A program made the position numbers and the translations under genes. From an uncultured Campylobacterales bacterium (GTDB lineage: Bacteria; Campylobacterota; Campylobacteria; Campylobacterales; CAZCQG01): a stretch of DNA of 64,000 bases. The stretch covers positions 5,584-69,583 of the forward strand of contig CAZCQG010000006.1 of NCBI GenBank assembly GCA_964500775.1. Reading direction: 5' to 3'. Of the stretch, positions 41,332-50,772 are shown piece after piece (within the stretch, counting starts at the first letter, position 1; each line of letters begins with the position of its first letter). The notes under the pieces were generated by a model. It had not been told where the DNA came from, did no database searches, and saw nothing but the letters and a program-made list of their open reading frames with translations.

Positions 41332-42805
41332 AGCGATTGTAGCGATTTTATTACTATCTGCAGCATTGTTTGCGGAGTGCGAGAATCGACTCTTCACCAT
41401 TTCCGCCAATAATAAAGGGGCGAGTGCGGAAGATATTATCAATCGTCTCTCGGAAGAGTGTCAATTCAGCGTCGTCGTAAAAGACGGCAATAATTCAGAA
41501 ACGATACTCAAAAAACCGCTTCAAAACGTTTTTCTCAAAGATGCCACAATCGAGGAGGTATTTCAACTCGTCCTCGGAGAAAACGGACTTGAATACGAGT
41601 ACGACAACCAAAAATTAAAAATCCATTACCTCATCACCAAAACATTCGAAGTGGACATACTCAATACCAGCAGAACAGGAACAAGCTCTACGAATATCGC
41701 GATAACGGGTGAGCGGGTGAGCGGCGAATCGACGACGACCAATTCCGATTCCGGAGGAAATTCAAAAGCAGAGATTAAATCGGATGACGGCTATAGCTTT
41801 TGGAGCGACACTTTAGTACAAGAGCTTTCCGATATTGCGACGCGCCCCGAGGATGAATTTAGCGATGTCAAAATCGTCATCAATAAAGGGGCCGGTCTTA
41901 TCACCGTTACAGGAAACAAAAAGCAAGTCGCAAGGGTGGATGAATACCTCAAAAGTATTAACACGAGGCTAAAAACGCAGGTGCTTATCGACGTAAATAT
42001 CTTAAGCGTGAAACACACGAACTCAAAGTCAATCGGAATTGATTGGAGCAGTATAATGGATAGCGTAAACGTCTTAACCGCCACCCAAGATTATTCATTT
42101 ACAAAAACAAAAGAGATTACCGGAATAACAGACGATACGAAGACCTATACGAAAAACCTATCGCTAGGGACGTTAAGCAACCTACCGATGAGCGACATAG
42201 TAAACTTCTTGCGCGGATACGGCGATGTCACCACCGTATCAAATCCAAAAGTAATGACGCTCAATAATCAACCCTCGCTTATCAGTGTGGGAAATATATT
42301 CTACTACGAAGAGACCGACGTCACTACAACTTCCGGCACGAGCACTACGAACGTAGCTACCGATGTAACGTATACTCCGCTTTTCGTCGGAATCTTGCTC
42401 GATATTACCCCCTCTATCTACAATGACGAAATAATGCTCAAAATAAATCCCTCCATCACAAAAACTACCAATAGCAACATAGATACGGGGACTGCTTTTA
42501 CTTCGGGACCTCCGAATCTAGAATCGAAACAATTAAGCTCGGTAGTCAAACTCAAAGACGGCGAAAGAGCGGTGCTGGGAGGACTTATCTCTAGGGATAG
42601 GCAAAACGACGAGAAAAAAGTCCCCTTGCTCGGAGACATCCCGCTTGTGGGATACGCCTTTAAACGCGAAGAACTCTATGATCAACTCTCCGAAATGGTT
42701 ATAATTATAACGCCGCACGTTGTAGGAAATAAGGAGCTCTCTTTGAGGGATTTGGGATACACGAAAGAAAAAATTGAAAGCGCTATGGATTACTACGAAG
42801 AATGA
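41315..42805 (+). CDS. type IV pilus secretin (MshL/PilQ family)
   Basis: 496 aa with a signal peptide. N-terminal short domain (FLKDATIEEVFQLVLGENGLEYEYDNQKLKI) and a secretin core ending VPLLGDIPLVGYAFKREELYDQLSEMVIIITPHVV. Confidence 0.85.
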   Translation: MKHVTRAIVAILLLSAALFAECENRLFTISANNKGASAEDIINRLSEECQFSVVVKDGNNSETILKKPLQNVFLKDATIEEVFQLVLGENGLEYEYDNQKLKIHYLITKTFEVDILNTSRTGTSSTNIAITGERVSGESTTTNSDSGGNSKAEIKSDDGYSFWSDTLVQELSDIATRPEDEFSDVKIVINKGAGLITVTGNKKQVARVDEYLKSINTRLKTQVLIDVNILSVKHTNSKSIGIDWSSIMDSVNVLTATQDYSFTKTKEITGITDDTKTYTKNLSLGTLSNLPMSDIVNFLRGYGDVTTVSNPKVMTLNNQPSLISVGNIFYYEETDVTTTSGTSTTNVATDVTYTPLFVGILLDITPSIYNDEIMLKINPSITKTTNSNIDTGTAFTSGPPNLESKQLSSVVKLKDGERAVLGGLISRDRQNDEKKVPLLGDIPLVGYAFKREELYDQLSEMVIIITPHVVGNKELSLRDLGYTKEKIESAMDYYEE

Positions 42806-43632
42806 GCAGATATTTAGAACTTGAAAAAAAATGGGTGCGATATAAAATAAAGAGGCTCGCCATAGTATTCATCCCTATAGTTTTACTCTTATTTATGGGG
42901 GGAGCGATGGCGTATTATTACGACTTCTCAAAACAGAGCAAAGCATCCCGTCCCGCCGCCCTCCAAATAGTACCGAACGAAAATCAAAATATTGCGGCTG
43001 TTTCCGTCGAAAAGCCGATGGAAAAGGTCACGCAAAAACCAAAGTGCTATACCGTCACCGTAGATGTTCTTAATATCCGCAAAGAACCTTCTCTCTCTTC
43101 GGAGAAACTCGGAAGACTCTTTGGAGGCGAGGAGTTTTGCAGCGATATAAATGAGGAGAATTGGATAAAAATCGATGAAGGGTGGATTTACGCAAAGGGG
43201 ACGCTCTCTCTAGTCAAAGATGAGCAAATCAACGAGAAACAAGTATATATCCAGGACCTCTTACAAATCCAAAATAGTGAGCCGCCGCAAGAAAACCAAG
43301 GTGCGGAAATAGAAATAAAAACAAAAAGTGCCGACAAAAATCAAATACTCAAAAAAATGATTGAGAGTTTCAACTCTTCTCCCGATGCAAAATTGGCAAT
43401 TGATATAGGAAAAAGGTATTATGAAGATAAAAAATACCGTGAAGCGCAATATTGGGCATTGAGATCCAATGAGCTTGACAATGGAGATGCGAGTTGGATT
43501 CTCTTCGCTAAAGCAAAATTTGGCGCGGGAGAGAAGGATGAAGCGATTACTATATTAACGACGGCATCCCAAAAAACCAAGAACAAAGAGTTTGATCGAC
43601 TTCTTAACGAAATGCGGGCAAATAGAGAATAG
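42802..43632 (+). CDS. membrane-anchored SH3b + TPR-like protein (MshN-slot)
   Basis: 276 aa. TM helix (LAIVFIPIVLLLFMGGAMAYYY), SH3b-like segment (YTVTVDVLNIRKEPSLSSEKLGRLFGGEEF...NWIKIDEGWIYAKG), and C-terminal TPR-like helices. Confidence 0.55.
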   Translation: MSRYLELEKKWVRYKIKRLAIVFIPIVLLLFMGGAMAYYYDFSKQSKASRPAALQIVPNENQNIAAVSVEKPMEKVTQKPKCYTVTVDVLNIRKEPSLSSEKLGRLFGGEEFCSDINEENWIKIDEGWIYAKGTLSLVKDEQINEKQVYIQDLLQIQNSEPPQENQGAEIEIKTKSADKNQILKKMIESFNSSPDAKLAIDIGKRYYEDKKYREAQYWALRSNELDNGDASWILFAKAKFGAGEKDEAITILTTASQKTKNKEFDRLLNEMRANRE

Positions 43633-43642
43633 CAGGATTATT

Positions 43643-45394
43643 ATGAGAATAGGCGATAGATTAATACAAGCGGGACTAATAGACGAGGCGCAATTAAACC
43701 TCGCACTTGAGGAGCAAAGAAGACTACGAGAAGAAAAAAGGAGAAAAAAAATCGTCAGGGTCTTGGTTGATCTTGGACTCTTAAAAGAGGCGAATCTCCT
43801 TAGTTTTTTTGTAGAGCAGTGCAAGAGCGGATTTCTCAATCTTGATTCTATCGTTGAAGATTTTCCCGCGAGCGAAGACACCATCTTAGAAGCTACGGCT
43901 TCGTTGATGGATATGGAGTACGTCGACTTCTACGGCATAAAGATAGATCAAAACGTCGTAGATTACATACCCTTCGTCCATATTAAAAAATTCTATGCGT
44001 TTCCCTACAAGGAAGATGAGCAATTTATCTATATCGCGCTTATTGATCCTTTTAATCCCATACTTAAAGAGACGTTTCAAAGGGCGATAAAAAAGAAACC
44101 CCTTAGATACACCCTTGTAAAAAAAGAGCAGTTTGTCAGAATCTTGGACAAACTTGAGATAAACGACGGCGTTAAAGATCTCATCACTAAGATAAGAAGA
44201 GAGATACGCGGAGGGAGCCTGAATGACGGCGGAGAATCTTCTATTTCAAAGCTCATCGACGTAATCTTTGAAACCGCCATTAAAAATAAAGCGAGTGATG
44301 TCCATATAGAATCCAACGACAACGAATGTGTCATACGCTGCAGAGTAGATGGGATACTATACGAATACTTTGACTTAGACAAAGATATGTTCGCACCGCT
44401 AAGCTCAAGGATAAAACTCATCTCCGAACTAGATATTGCCGAAAAAAGAAAGCCCCAAGACGGCAGATTTTCGCAGGTTTTTTTAGGAAGAGAGTTTGAT
44501 TTTAGGGTCTCTACGCTTCCTATCGTCACGGGCGAATCGATCGTCGCGAGGATTCTTGATAAGTCAAAAGTGTTAATGAAACTCGAAGATCTCGGAATGA
44601 GCGAAAAAAACTTTGAAAGAATCAATAAAACCATCAAATCGCCTTACGGAATCATCTTCGTAACCGGACCTACGGGAAGCGGTAAAACCACTACATTGTA
44701 CGCCGCACTCAATGCTATAAAAAGCGTAGGAGAAAAAATAATCACCGTCGAAGATCCGGTCGAATACCAGATGGAAGACGTCCACCAAGTGATGGTAAAC
44801 GAAAAAGCCGGACTTACTTTTTCTGCCGCACTTCGCTCCATTCTTAGACAAGATCCCGACAAAATAATGGTCGGTGAGATTCGTGACCAAGAAACGTTGC
44901 GTATCGCCATCCAAGCCGCACTCACCGGACACTTGGTAATCTCGACGTTGCACACCAACGATGCACTAAGCGGAATCACGAGACTTATGGATATGGGAGT
45001 GGAGAGCTTTTTCGTCGGATCGGCGATGGCGGGGATAGAAGCGCAAAGACTTGTGAGAAAACTCTGCCCTCACTGTAAATACGAGTCGGAACTTCCGCAA
45101 AATATTTTAGACGAATTGCTATCGTACCTTCCCGATGACTACAGATTCTACCGAAGTCACGGCTGCGAAAAATGCAATATGACCGGCTATCTCGGTAGAG
45201 AACTTATCTCTGAAGTCGTCATAGGGAGCGAGAGGCTTAGAAAGCTTATCATCGAAGGGGCATCTAAAGAGATTCTCCTAGAAGAGGCAAGAAAAGACGG
45301 TTTTGTTACGATGTTTGAAGACGGTCTTGCAAAAGCATTGCAAGGATTAACAAGCATAGAAGAGATTTACAGAGTCGCTAAACTGCCGTCATGA
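43643..45394 (+). CDS. mshE: type IV pilus extension ATPase, MshE-like with N-terminal MshEN (c-di-GMP-binding) motif
   Basis: Start moved to the ATG at 43643 (AGGA 6 nt upstream, after the stop of the previous gene). N-terminus MRIGDRLIQAGLIDEAQLNLALEEQ... Walker A GPTGSGKTT, DPDKIMVGEIRD, TGHLVISTLHTN, and CPHC...CEKC. Confidence 0.85.
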   Translation: MRIGDRLIQAGLIDEAQLNLALEEQRRLREEKRRKKIVRVLVDLGLLKEANLLSFFVEQCKSGFLNLDSIVEDFPASEDTILEATASLMDMEYVDFYGIKIDQNVVDYIPFVHIKKFYAFPYKEDEQFIYIALIDPFNPILKETFQRAIKKKPLRYTLVKKEQFVRILDKLEINDGVKDLITKIRREIRGGSLNDGGESSISKLIDVIFETAIKNKASDVHIESNDNECVIRCRVDGILYEYFDLDKDMFAPLSSRIKLISELDIAEKRKPQDGRFSQVFLGREFDFRVSTLPIVTGESIVARILDKSKVLMKLEDLGMSEKNFERINKTIKSPYGIIFVTGPTGSGKTTTLYAALNAIKSVGEKIITVEDPVEYQMEDVHQVMVNEKAGLTFSAALRSILRQDPDKIMVGEIRDQETLRIAIQAALTGHLVISTLHTNDALSGITRLMDMGVESFFVGSAMAGIEAQRLVRKLCPHCKYESELPQNILDELLSYLPDDYRFYRSHGCEKCNMTGYLGRELISEVVIGSERLRKLIIEGASKEILLEEARKDGFVTMFEDGLAKALQGLTSIEEIYRVAKLPS

Positions 45395-46641
45395 GATACT
45401 TCAGGGTCACCGTAGTCGACAAGGGTAAGAAAAAATTCATAGACGTAAAAGCCACAAATAAAAACGCCGCAAAAGATTTGGCAATCGCCGAAAACAAGGG
45501 TGGTAAAGCACTTCTGGTCAAAGAAATCCAAGAGCCCCTCGGAGAAAAAATCATCAATACGCTAAAAGCTCTTCGCGCCGGGATACAAGGAAGCGAAAAG
45601 GTCAAGGTAGATGAGCTTATTCCCGTATTTAAACAAATGAGTCTGATGACGGGAGCGGGTATATCTATTCACCAAAGCATGCAAGAGATTATCGATTTTA
45701 CCGAGAATAAGATGATAAAGACCATCTTCACCGAAGCGCTCGTAGGAATCAATAGCGGCAAAACACTAAGCAATGCCTTTAAACCCTATCAAGAGCAACT
45801 CGGTAATCTCTCGATGTCGATGATAGAGCTCGGAGAACAAACAGGAAATCTCTCCGATTCCCTAGGAATGCTCTCGGTTACCCTAGCAGAGATTCGAGAC
45901 AATATCGCCAAGTTCAAAAAAGCGTTACGCTACCCCTTATTTACTATCGGGGCGATGGTGATCGCTTTTGTTTTGTTGATTTTACTCGTCGTGCCGAAGT
46001 TTAAAAAAATATTTGAGGGTTTGGGTGCGGATTTGCCGCTTCCTACGATTATCTTACTAAAAATTGAGTACCTTTTTACAAATTTCGGACATCTCCTTTT
46101 TGTGATGCTTTTAGGTTCTATTTTTACGGTGAGGTACCTCTATAAAAACAATAAAAAGTTCCATTTTTGGTTTGATAGTGCTATCCTCAAAGTAAAACTT
46201 TTAGGCGATGTTATCTATCTCTATTCAATGAATCAATATATGATTACCCTCTCACAGATGCTTAAAGCCGGTATCCCGCTTGAAGAAGCGCTGCGCTCCT
46301 CATCAAATATGGTGAACAATATCTATCTCAAAAGGCTTTTTAATTCTATCACCGACCTCATCAGAAAAGGTGCATCACTCACAAGCTCTATGCAGGAGAC
46401 CAAACTTTTTGAGCGAAGCTCTTTACAGATGGTAAGTGCAGGAGAACAAAGCGGGAATCTCGACGAGATGCTAGGGGTAGCGGGGAATTACTACAAGATG
46501 AAATACGACAATATAGTGGATAATCTCTCTTCTTATATAGAGCCTCTTATTACGGCTTTTATCGCATGTATGGTTTTACTATTGGCGCTTGGGATATTTA
46601 TGCCGATGTGGGATCTAGCGGGCGCGGCAAGAGGACATTGA
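45391..46641 (+). CDS. type IV pilus platform protein (MshG/PilC/GspF family)
   Basis: 416 aa. Two T2SSF repeats, three TM segments, and a C-terminal EPLITAFIACMVLLLALGIFMPMWDL tail. Confidence 0.85.
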   Translation: MRYFRVTVVDKGKKKFIDVKATNKNAAKDLAIAENKGGKALLVKEIQEPLGEKIINTLKALRAGIQGSEKVKVDELIPVFKQMSLMTGAGISIHQSMQEIIDFTENKMIKTIFTEALVGINSGKTLSNAFKPYQEQLGNLSMSMIELGEQTGNLSDSLGMLSVTLAEIRDNIAKFKKALRYPLFTIGAMVIAFVLLILLVVPKFKKIFEGLGADLPLPTIILLKIEYLFTNFGHLLFVMLLGSIFTVRYLYKNNKKFHFWFDSAILKVKLLGDVIYLYSMNQYMITLSQMLKAGIPLEEALRSSSNMVNNIYLKRLFNSITDLIRKGASLTSSMQETKLFERSSLQMVSAGEQSGNLDEMLGVAGNYYKMKYDNIVDNLSSYIEPLITAFIACMVLLLALGIFMPMWDLAGAARGH

Positions 46642-46655
46642 TCCCCTAGCCGAAA

Positions 46656-47075
46656 TTATTGACACTCTTTGCACACGCCTATAATCGCTACCGAACAATC
46701 CTCTACCTGAAAACCGTTTTTTTCTTGCATCTCTTTGGCTAAGCACGTCGTATCAAACTCCATATCTACCAAACTACCGCATTTGGTGCAGTAAAGATGG
46801 ATATGAGGATGGATATGCAACTCGTATTTTTGCTTATGATTAGGCACTTTTATCTCTTTTAAAATATCGGCTTCGACCATACTAGAAATATTTTTATACA
46901 CCGTAGCCAATGAAATCGAAGGATATACCGCTCTTATCTCCTCGTATAACTCCTCAATATTCAAATGTCCCGCCGCTTTAATTTTGTCCAAAATAACAAC
47001 CCTCTGTGGGGTAATTTTTAACTTTTTATCTCTTAATATTTCATCATAATTCATTTCGCTCGACCTTACTTGCAT
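46656..47075 (-). CDS. Fur-family metalloregulator (Fur/PerR/Zur type)
   Basis: 139 aa. Winged-helix segment (LKITPQRVVILDKI...ISLATVYKNI), an HxHxH-like tract (HIHPHIHLYC), and paired CxxC motifs (CTKC...CKEC). Confidence 0.8.
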   Translation of the reverse strand: MQVRSSEMNYDEILRDKKLKITPQRVVILDKIKAAGHLNIEELYEEIRAVYPSISLATVYKNISSMVEADILKEIKVPNHKQKYELHIHPHIHLYCTKCGSLVDMEFDTTCLAKEMQEKNGFQVEDCSVAIIGVCKECQ

Positions 47076-47230
47076 AATATTACGCCGTGCATTATAGCAA
47101 ATATATTAATAAATAGGAAATTTTATTAATAACTAAAAAAATATTTTAATATCGATAGTTTTTTCGGTGTCGAAATTTAGGCTAATCCCCACTTTGTTAT
47201 AATCACTCAAAAAATTTACAAAGGAATGCA

Positions 47231-48565
47231 GTGTTCGATACTCTCACCGATTCGTTTAAAAACGCAATAAACAAAATCAGATTCCACGACGATGACAAAG
47301 CGCTGAAAAAAGCGCTTGAAGAGCTAAAAAAATCGCTCCTCAAATCCGATGTCCACTACAAGGTGGTCAAAACACTTTTAGCGGATGTCGAAAAAGACAC
47401 CAAAGCCGCAGGTATCGGCAAGGAGAATTTTCTCAAATCGCTCCAACAAAGGCTCACCGAAATCCTCACCGCTAGAGGCAACTACGGATTCACCTTTGCT
47501 TCACGACCTCCGACCGTCGTTCTTATGGCAGGTTTGCAAGGCTCCGGCAAAACGACCACCACAGGAAAACTCGCCTACAGCCTTAAACTCAAAAGCAAAA
47601 AAGTGCTTCTCGTAGCATGCGACCTCCAAAGACTAGCAGCCGTCGAACAGCTCAAGCAAATAGGGGCAAGTATCGAAGTGGAGGTCTATAGCGAAGAGAG
47701 CAAAGATCCCGTAGCTATCGCCAAAAACGCCCTCAAAAAAGCCACCGACGGTCTCTATGACGTACTACTCGTAGATACCGCGGGACGCTTGGCTATAGAC
47801 GAAGAGCTGATGCGAGAACTCAAAGAGGTGAAAAAGGCGCTCAATCCGCATGAGACTTTCTACGTCGTAGATAGCTTGAGCGGTCAAGACGGAGTACGGA
47901 GTGCCGAGACTTTCAACAACGAAATAGCTCTAAGCGGCGTGATACTCTCAAAATTTGACGGTGACTCCAAAGGGGGTATCGCAATCTCCATCGCCAATCA
48001 GCTCAACATCCCGTTACGATTCATCGGTATCGGCGAAAAGATGCCAGATCTAGAAGTCTTTATTCCTGAACGAATCGTAAGCAGGCTTATGGGTGCGGGA
48101 GACATCACCTCGCTCGCCGAAAAAACCGCGGCGGTCATCTCCGAAAAAGATGCTAAACAAGTCGCCCATAAAATAAAAAAGGGGCAATTCAATTTCAACG
48201 ATTTCATCGAACAGATGGAAAACGTCAAAAAAATCGGCTCAATGAAATCAATCGTTTCGATGCTCCCTGGGCTCGGCGGAATGGCAGACAAGCTCAAAGA
48301 TCTCGACCTCGATAATAGTGCAGAGATCAAAGGACTAAAGGCGATGGTAAACTCTATGACTAAAAAAGAGCGGGAGAATCCTGACCTCCTCAATAACAGC
48401 AGAAAACGGAGAATCGCTTTTGGATGCGGGATGGAAGTCAACGAAGTCAATAGGATGATAAAACAGTTCGGCAATGCCGCAAAGATGGCAAAAAAGTTCT
48501 CCGGCAAAAAAGGGATGCAAGACCTTATGGGGATGATGCAAGGACAGGGTAGATTCCCAAGATAA
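47231..48565 (+). CDS. ffh: signal recognition particle protein Ffh
   Basis: 444 aa, GTG start. GLQGSGKTTT, DTAGR, KFDGDSKGG, and a Met-rich M domain. Confidence 0.95.
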   Translation: MFDTLTDSFKNAINKIRFHDDDKALKKALEELKKSLLKSDVHYKVVKTLLADVEKDTKAAGIGKENFLKSLQQRLTEILTARGNYGFTFASRPPTVVLMAGLQGSGKTTTTGKLAYSLKLKSKKVLLVACDLQRLAAVEQLKQIGASIEVEVYSEESKDPVAIAKNALKKATDGLYDVLLVDTAGRLAIDEELMRELKEVKKALNPHETFYVVDSLSGQDGVRSAETFNNEIALSGVILSKFDGDSKGGIAISIANQLNIPLRFIGIGEKMPDLEVFIPERIVSRLMGAGDITSLAEKTAAVISEKDAKQVAHKIKKGQFNFNDFIEQMENVKKIGSMKSIVSMLPGLGGMADKLKDLDLDNSAEIKGLKAMVNSMTKKERENPDLLNNSRKRRIAFGCGMEVNEVNRMIKQFGNAAKMAKKFSGKKGMQDLMGMMQGQGRFPR

Positions 48566-48641
48566 GTTAATTATAATGATAGTTACAATACAATTGCGCT
48601 TTTCTAAAAAAATGGAATAATTTTAAACAGGAGAATATTTT

Positions 48642-48875
48642 ATGGCAACCGTTATCAGGTTAACAAGAATGGGTAGAAAAAAGAGACCTTATTACAGAAT
48701 GGTAGTAACAGACAGCAGAAAAAAAAGAGACGGTGGATGGATAGAATCTATCGGTACATACGATCCATTGCAAGAGCCTGCGAAAGTGAACGTCGACAAG
48801 GCGAGACTTGATTATTGGAAAGGCGTAGGTGCGAAAATGAGCGAAAGGGTAAAAGCAATCACTGCTTCTATCTAA
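48642..48875 (+). CDS. rpsP: 30S ribosomal protein S16
   Basis: 77 aa. [22 protein letters not shown]... is canonical S16. Confidence 0.95.
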   Translation: MATVIRLTRMGRKKRPYYRMVVTDSRKKRDGGWIESIGTYDPLQEPAKVNVDKARLDYWKGVGAKMSERVKAITASI

Positions 48876-48891
48876 AAATATCCAAACAATA

Positions 48892-49131
48892 ATGATAGAA
48901 CAATTCGTACTCGAATACGCAAAACTTATAGCCTCCGAACCGGAAAAGATACAAGTGAGCGTCAATGAGATTAATTCCGGCTACAAAGAGCTTGTCATCG
49001 TGGCCGGAGAAAATGATGCCGGTAAGCTTATCGGCAAGGAGGGGAAGATGATAGGCGCTATCAAGACCCTCATCTCCGGTTGCAAAGCAAAAGACGGAAG
49101 CTCTTATAAAGTAATAGTAAAATCCGCATAA
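48892..49131 (+). CDS. KH domain RNA-binding protein (YlqC/UPF0109 family)
   Basis: 79 aa. GKLIGKEGKMIGAIKTL is a GxxG KH motif. Occupies the conserved position between rpsP and rimM. Confidence 0.8.
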   Translation: MIEQFVLEYAKLIASEPEKIQVSVNEINSGYKELVIVAGENDAGKLIGKEGKMIGAIKTLISGCKAKDGSSYKVIVKSA

Positions 49132-49140
49132 ACTACTCTT

Positions 49141-49662
49141 TTGAATAATCTCGTAGAAATAGGAAAATTCGGAAAAACCTTCGGTCTAAAGGGGGAGTTG
49201 GCACTTCGCCTCTCCACCGATTTCCCCGAAGCCATCAAAAAAAACATCAAACTCTACACGAACACCGCAACTTATACGGTAGAACGCTACATACTTGAAC
49301 GCTCGCTTCTCAAACTCAAAGAGGTACACACCGTGGATGAAGCCAAAATGCTCACGAACCAAACGGTGTATATGAGCAAAGATGATACATTGGAGTTTTG
49401 CGAGTTGGAAGAGGGAGAATATTTTTGGTTTGACCTTGAAGGCGCGCTTGTTTTTGAGGGGGAGCTTCTGCTTGGAAAAATAGTCGAGATAGAGCGGATA
49501 GGAAATGCCGACTATGTGATCGTAAAGACAGATTCAAAGCTACTCCCGAAATATACAAAAAGTTTTCTCATTCCCTACATAGAGAGGTATGTACTCGAAT
49601 TTGACAAAGAACAAAAAAAGCTTTTTGTCAAAGACGCGTTGTCGATACTAGAAGAGAGCTGA
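49141..49662 (+). CDS. rimM: 16S rRNA processing protein RimM
   Basis: 173 aa, TTG start. VEIGKFGKTFGLKGEL at the N-terminus and a PRC-barrel-like C-terminus. Operon context supports the call. Confidence 0.85.
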   Translation: MNNLVEIGKFGKTFGLKGELALRLSTDFPEAIKKNIKLYTNTATYTVERYILERSLLKLKEVHTVDEAKMLTNQTVYMSKDDTLEFCELEEGEYFWFDLEGALVFEGELLLGKIVEIERIGNADYVIVKTDSKLLPKYTKSFLIPYIERYVLEFDKEQKKLFVKDALSILEES

Positions 49663-50381
49663 TGCGTTTTATCTTCCTTTCACTCTTTCCCGACCTCATC
49701 CGTCCTTATTTTGATGATTCTATTATGAAAAAAGCACTTGAGAAACAACTTTTTGAAGTCCATTTTCTCAATCTTCGCGATTACTCCGAAAATAAGTACA
49801 ACAAAGTAGACGACTATATGATAGGGGGCGGAGCGGGATTGCTTTTAGAAGTAGAGACCCTCGGCAGAGCGATAGAGGATATAAAAGCGCGTTACGATAA
49901 TCCTCATACGATTTTCCTCACACCGGCTGCAAAGCGTTTTGTACAAAACGATGCCAAAAGATTGGCGCTCAAAAAAAATGTGTTGTTTGTATGCGGCAGA
50001 TACGAAGGATTTGATGAACGGGCGATAGAATCATACGCCGACGAAGTCTTTAGTATCGGCGATTTTGTCCTAAGCGGCGGCGAACTCGCGGCACTTTGTA
50101 TGTGCGATGCGATTGCTAGAAACCTCGAAGGGACACTCGGCAATGCACAATCCCTAAGCGGTGAAAGCTTTGAATCCGACCTCTTAGAAGCACCAAACTT
50201 TACAAAGCCTGATTTTTTTAATGATTCCACTTTCCCTTCAGAGTTTATAAAGGGAAACCACAGTAAAATTAGCACCCTTAAAAACAGGATGGCGGAGTTG
50301 AAAACCCAATTCCACAGACCAGACCTTTTTGGAAGAGTAAAATTTCATAAAAGATTTACCAATCTCAAGGAAAAAAAATGA
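49662..50381 (+). CDS. trmD: tRNA (guanine37-N1)-methyltransferase TrmD
   Basis: 239 aa. [19 protein letters not shown] and [10 protein letters not shown] motifs. Confidence 0.9.
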   Translation: MRFIFLSLFPDLIRPYFDDSIMKKALEKQLFEVHFLNLRDYSENKYNKVDDYMIGGGAGLLLEVETLGRAIEDIKARYDNPHTIFLTPAAKRFVQNDAKRLALKKNVLFVCGRYEGFDERAIESYADEVFSIGDFVLSGGELAALCMCDAIARNLEGTLGNAQSLSGESFESDLLEAPNFTKPDFFNDSTFPSEFIKGNHSKISTLKNRMAELKTQFHRPDLFGRVKFHKRFTNLKEKK

Positions 50382-50734
50382 AAAACAAATATATCGAGAA
50401 TTTCGAGAAGCAACAAATCGCTGAAAAGAGCGCTCCTGAATTCAGAGCAGGCGACACGCTAAGACTAGGTATCAGAATCAAAGAAGGTGATAAAACTAGG
50501 GTACAAAATTTCGAAGGTATCTGCATCGCGATGAAAGGTGAAGGCGTAAGCAAAACTTTCACCGTTAGAAAAATGGGTGCTAACAACGTAGGCGTAGAGA
50601 GAATCTTCCCCCTTTATAGCGAAAGCATCGAAGAAATCGCAGTACTTAGAAAAGGTAGAGTAAGAAGAGCGAAACTTTACTACCTAAGAGACAGAAAAGG
50701 GAAAGCAGCGAGAATCAAAGAGCTTAGAAGCTAA
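50378..50734 (+). CDS. rplS: 50S ribosomal protein L19
   Basis: 118 aa. FRAGDT..V...I.EG.K.R.Q.FEG...A....G...TFTVRK...GVERIFP pattern. Confidence 0.95.
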   Translation: MKNKYIENFEKQQIAEKSAPEFRAGDTLRLGIRIKEGDKTRVQNFEGICIAMKGEGVSKTFTVRKMGANNVGVERIFPLYSESIEEIAVLRKGRVRRAKLYYLRDRKGKAARIKELRS

Positions 50735-50772
50735 GCTTCTCTCCTCTTCCCTCTTCTGCTTTTCTTCTTTTT

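Noticed and set aside
43592-43642. Upstream start for the MshE-like ATPase (MIDFLTKCGQIENSRII...)
   Set aside because: It overlaps the preceding gene by 41 nt and would displace the MshEN motif from the extreme N-terminus. The ATG at 43643 has AGGA at the right spacing.
50735-50772. Polypyrimidine stretch (CTTCTCTCCTCTTCCCTCTTCTGCTTTTCTTCTTTTT) between convergent rplS and cysE, considered as a terminator
   Set aside because: It cannot form a stem-loop. It is probably just a low-complexity spacer, so I make no terminator call.
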